DNA of 64,000 nt, taken from positions 1,243,146-1,307,145 of the forward strand of contig CAVWYG010000006.1 in NCBI GenBank assembly GCA_963759215.1, written 5' to 3'. The notes under the pieces are model-generated. The model saw nothing but the letters and a program-made list of their open reading frames with translations. It was not told the DNA's origin and searched no databases. The translations under genes and the position numbers were made by a program. Of the stretch, positions 60,395-64,000 are shown one piece after another (position 1 is the first letter of the stretch; every line of letters starts with the position of its first letter). This stretch comes from an uncultured Acidobacteriota bacterium (GTDB taxonomy: Bacteria > Acidobacteriota > Terriglobia > Terriglobales > Acidobacteriaceae).

Positions 60395-62340
60395 ATGGCG
60401 GATCTGGAATCCGGTACCATCGCCGTGCTGGCGGAGAAACCTTCGGTGGCGCGTGATATCGCCCGGGAGCTGAGTGCGACCAGCCGCGGCGATGGATATC
60501 TGCACGGCAACCGCTACGTTGTGACGTGGGCGGTGGGGCATCTCGTAAGCCTTGCCCAGCCGCACGAAATTAACCCTGAATGGCGCCGCTGGCAGCGCGA
60601 CCTACTCCCCATGCTGCCGAGCCAATGGCCGCTTGTCGTCTACGAAAAAACTAAGGACCAATTCGAGATCGTAAAGCGAATTCTGAACTCGCCGAAGGTT
60701 TCGCGCGTCGTTTGTGCGACTGATGCCGGCCGCGAAGGGGAATTGATCTTCCGCTATATCTACGAGTCAGCGCAGTGCCAAAAGCCGGTCAGTCGGCTTT
60801 GGATCTCTTCCCTCACGCCGGAGGCCATCCACAAAGGGTTCTCATCCCTGCGACCGGGCGCCGACTACGACTCGCTGGCGGATGCTGCGCGTGGCCGCAG
60901 CCAGGCAGATTGGCTGGTAGGCATGAACCTATCGCGTGCCTATTCTCTTGCTGACAATGAAAAGCTTTCCGTGGGGCGCGTCCAGACGCCCACGCTGGCT
61001 ATGGTGGTTGAGCGTGAACTTGCCATACGCCAATTCGTGCCTGAAGAGTACCTCGAAATCGTGGCCGATTTTCGCCCAAGTGACGGGTGTCCCCCGGGCG
61101 ACGCTCAGCAGAATCTCTATCGGGGTACGTGGTTCCGCGCGTGGGCGGGAGAGGGGGCAGACAAGGAATCGCGGCAGAAGGCGATGCGGCTGCCCACCGA
61201 TGGAAAAGAAGCGAAGAGTATTATCGAGCGTGCGCACGCCGGTCGGGCCTCTATTGACACGATCCAATCGGAAACGCAGCGCATGGCTCCGCCGTTCTTT
61301 TACGATCTTACAGAACTCCAGCGGCACGCCAACCGCCTGTATGGCTTTAGCGCACAGAAGACGCTGGATGTCGCGCAGGCGCTGTATGAAACTTACAAAC
61401 TCATCAGCTATCCGCGTACTGACAGCCGACATCTCTCGCGGGATGTAGTGTCGACGCTACAGCCGATCGTTAAGAACATCGAAGGTCCCTATCGTGAGCG
61501 TCTGGCACCGGGCACGGGCGAGCGCGCCTTGGGGCGACGGTTCATTGACGACTCCAAGGTGACCGATCACCATGCCATCATTCCCACCGCAATATCTCTC
61601 GGGAAGGCCCGGCTGTCGGATGACGAGCGCAAGATCTACGATCTGATCTGCCGGCGCCTGCTCAGCGCCTGGCAGGATGACTACATCTGGTCGGTTACAA
61701 CCGTGATCACCGCGATTACAAATGGCGATATCATCGACCGCTATCATGCGTCGGGAACCGCTGTGCAACAGGCGGGTTGGAAGGTGTTGGATATCGTCGT
61801 CGAGAAGAAGGCGAAGCGGGGGCAGGGAAGCGGAGAGGAAGAGCGGGGGAACAGGTCCTGCCGCCAGGTTTGGCGGAGGGCCAGCCACAAGAGGTCATCG
61901 ACGTTAAAGCCTTGACGAAGAAGACCCGGGCACCCAAGCGGTACACGGATGGCACCCTGCTCACGGCCATGGAGACGGCGGGCAAGACCCTCGATGAAGA
62001 GGAACTGGCGAATGCCATGAAAGAAACCGGTCTGGGAACACCAGCGACTCGTGCATCCATGATCGAGGTTCTCCTCAAGCGGGATTACATCGTGCGGCAA
62101 GGAAAGGCTCTCGAAGCCACTGACAAAGGCATTCGGCTGATCGAGGTGGTCCACCCTGAGGTGAAGAGCCCCGCCATGACGGGTCAGTGGGAAGCGTATC
62201 TCAAGCGGATTCAGCGTGGGGAGGCTCAACTCGGACTGTTTCTGAAAGGCATTGAAGATTACGTAACGGGAGTGGTGGGCAAGGTTGGGCAGGCGCCGTC
62301 CGCGGCTAAGGCATCGGTGGAAGTTGCGCCCCCAAATCTA
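60395..62340 (+). CDS. topB: DNA topoisomerase III, one frameshift near 61850; C-terminus/stop unclear (reads through into recQ as sequenced)
   Basis: TOPRIM IAVLAEKPSVARDIA...GHL; topo IA domains incl. QTPTLAMVVERE and the active-site Tyr region KLISYPRTDSRHL; continues in frame +1 (ORF 61777-62796). Confidence 0.8.
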
Positions 62341-62388
62341 GAAAACATTCACGTCTCTCTGAAGACATCCATTAGCGAGTCGCTGCCC

Positions 62389-64000
62389 ATGGGCGACCTG
62401 AATGGTCTCCTGCACAAAGCATTTGGTTTCTCCTCATTCCGTCCAAACCAGGAAGCCGTCTGCCGGGCGGCTATCGAAGGTCATGACGTGTTGCTGGTCA
62501 TGCCGACCGGCTCTGGCAAGTCGCTGTGCTATCAATTGCCGGGCATCGTCCGCGGCGGCACGACGCTGGTGATCAGCCCGCTGATTGCCTTAATGGAGGA
62601 TCAGGTTGCCAAGCTAAAGGAGCGAGGTTACGCCGTTGACCGCATCCACTCTGGCCGTCCGCGTGCCGAGTCGCGGCAGGCCTGTGTGGATTACTCAGCG
62701 GGAGACGCAGTTCCTTTTCATCGCGCCCGAGCGGTTGCGGGTGGCCGGCTTCCCGGACATACTTGCCAAACGACCGCTGTCCCTCATTGCCATTGACGAG
62801 GCACACTGCATCTCGCAGTGGGGGCACGATTTCCGGCCGGATTACCGCATGCTAGGCCAGTACCTGCCGCGCTTTCGTCCGGCGCCGGTGATAGCGCTGA
62901 CGCTACGGCAACACCTGTCGTTCAAAATGACATTGTCGAGCAGTTGGGGCTGGCGCAGGCGAACCGCTTCGTTCACGGCTTTCGCCGCGATAACCTCGCA
63001 ATTGAGGTTGTCAGACCGCGCCTTCGCAGCGGGCCGAGCTCGCCGGTGAACTGTTGCGGGCGGCGGAGCGCAGGCCGGCAATCGTCTACGGGGCCGCGCA
63101 AGCAGGCCGAAAGCCTAGCGGCCAAAGTTGCGGCCCACTTTCCCGCCGCTGCATATCGCGCTGGGATCGATGCTGAACGCCGCCAGCAAGTTCAAGAGGA
63201 ATTCCAAAAAGGCCGGATCCAGGTGATGGTCGCGACGATCGCCTTTGGCATGGGGATCGACAAGGCTGACGTCCGCACCGTGATCCACACCGCCCTGCCG
63301 GGCAGCCTGGAAGCGTACTACCAGGAAATCGGGCGCGCCGGGCGTGACGGTGCGTCCAGCCGCGCGATCTTGATGCACTCCTACGCTGATCGCTACACCC
63401 ACAAATTCTTTTTCGAGCGCGATTATCCGGATGTGACTGTGCTGGAGGCGATCTTTACTCGGCTCCGGGCCGAGCCACATGAAAAGGCATCCTTAATGAC
63501 GAAGCTCCGGATGGATGAAGAGGTTTTCGACGAAGCCCTAGAAGCTCTGGATCCATGGCGGCGCCGTGGTGGACTCCGCCGAGAACGTGAGCCGGGGCCA
63601 CGACCAGTGGCGCGAATCCTATGTCGCCCAGGGTGAGCAGAAACAGGCACAGATCGAGCCGATGATCCGGTACGCGGAGAGCAATCAGTGCCGCATGGCC
63701 GGCCTCGTGCAGCATTTCGGCGATCTTACTGACGGCGGAAGCCGTGCGGGATATGCGATTTCTGCGTTCCGGGACAGTGCGCCGCACAACGGTTCCGTAC
63801 CGCGACGGAGGCGGAGCACAAGACGCTCTTGCGCGTGGTAGCCGCGTTGCGCTCTGGTGGCGCGAAATCGACCGGCAAGCTGTACGGCGAACTGTGTCCC
63901 AACAAGGAGATGAGCCGCGGAGCGCATTTGAAGAAGTGCTCGGCGCCACCGCGCGTGCGGGACTCCTGCAACTCTCGGACGAGGCCTTCCAGAAAGATGG
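62389..64000 (+). CDS. recQ: ATP-dependent DNA helicase RecQ (runs to window end), at least three frameshifts
   Basis: FGFSSFRPNQEAV...MPTGSGKSLCYQLP (motif I), LIAIDEAHCISQWGHDFRPDY (DEAH), MVATIAFGMGIDKADVRTVIH, YYQEIGRAGRDG, RQC region YAESNQCRMAGLV; pieces in ORFs 61777-62796, 62636-63049, 62818-63636, 63566-63841. Confidence 0.8.

Noticed and set aside
1-64000. CRISPR arrays, integrases, transposases, rRNA
   Set aside because: No regularly spaced short direct repeats with unique spacers were seen, and no recombinase, transposase or rRNA-like sequences. Only one tRNA was recognised.

Overview
High-GC (~60%) bacterial chromosome segment; the gene content (many beta-propeller lactonase lipoproteins, TPR and MFS/Spinster-type proteins) suggests an Acidobacteria-like soil organism, at low confidence.

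Recognisable genes:
- Housekeeping genes: rimO (5' part), queF, mutS, yebC, ftcD, rnhA, topB, recQ, moeA, one tRNA-Gly(CCC).
- A large nitrosative-stress block at about 32-46 kb and 54.7-58.5 kb: two Crp/Fnr paralogs, two RIC/YtfE paralogs, qNor, hemerythrin, two NnrS paralogs around a radical SAM/SPASM gene, hcp, an octaheme HAO-like cytochrome c and a sulfite-oxidase-family molybdenum protein. A CRP/HcpR-type palindrome recurs upstream of these genes.
- A Mo-cofactor/molybdoenzyme cluster at 46.8-54.7 kb (moeA, cupin, NarK-like MFS, a NarI-like cytochrome b, a Nas/Nap/Fdh-type Mo-bisPGD subunit without a signal peptide, a 4x[4Fe-4S] subunit, a Tat-Rieske protein and a small membrane protein). 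The subunit mix does not match a textbook Nar, Nap, Nas, Psr or Aio enzyme.

Accessory features:
- A family of 100-130 bp composite intergenic repeats: a TGTCA-N5-TGACA palindrome plus a CCCCAC...GTGGGG hairpin. Four long copies and several hairpin-only copies are present. The long copies bound a low-GC island at 12.85-15.2 kb that carries two unknown membrane proteins and a REC-zinc-ribbon response regulator. One hairpin copy sits in-frame inside mutS.
- A nucleotidyltransferase-fold gene translationally coupled to a 57-aa basic ORF lies next to mutS.

Quality caveat: at least 15 single-base frameshifts disrupt otherwise well-conserved genes, including mutS, recQ, topB, crp2, TolC, EamA, STAS and RsbW. 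I cannot tell from this sequence whether this reflects uncorrected sequencing/assembly error or real pseudogenisation (mutS itself is hit, which would fit a mutator lineage). The problem is most visible in the first 3.6 kb and the last 4 kb. No CRISPR array, integrase or transposase was seen.
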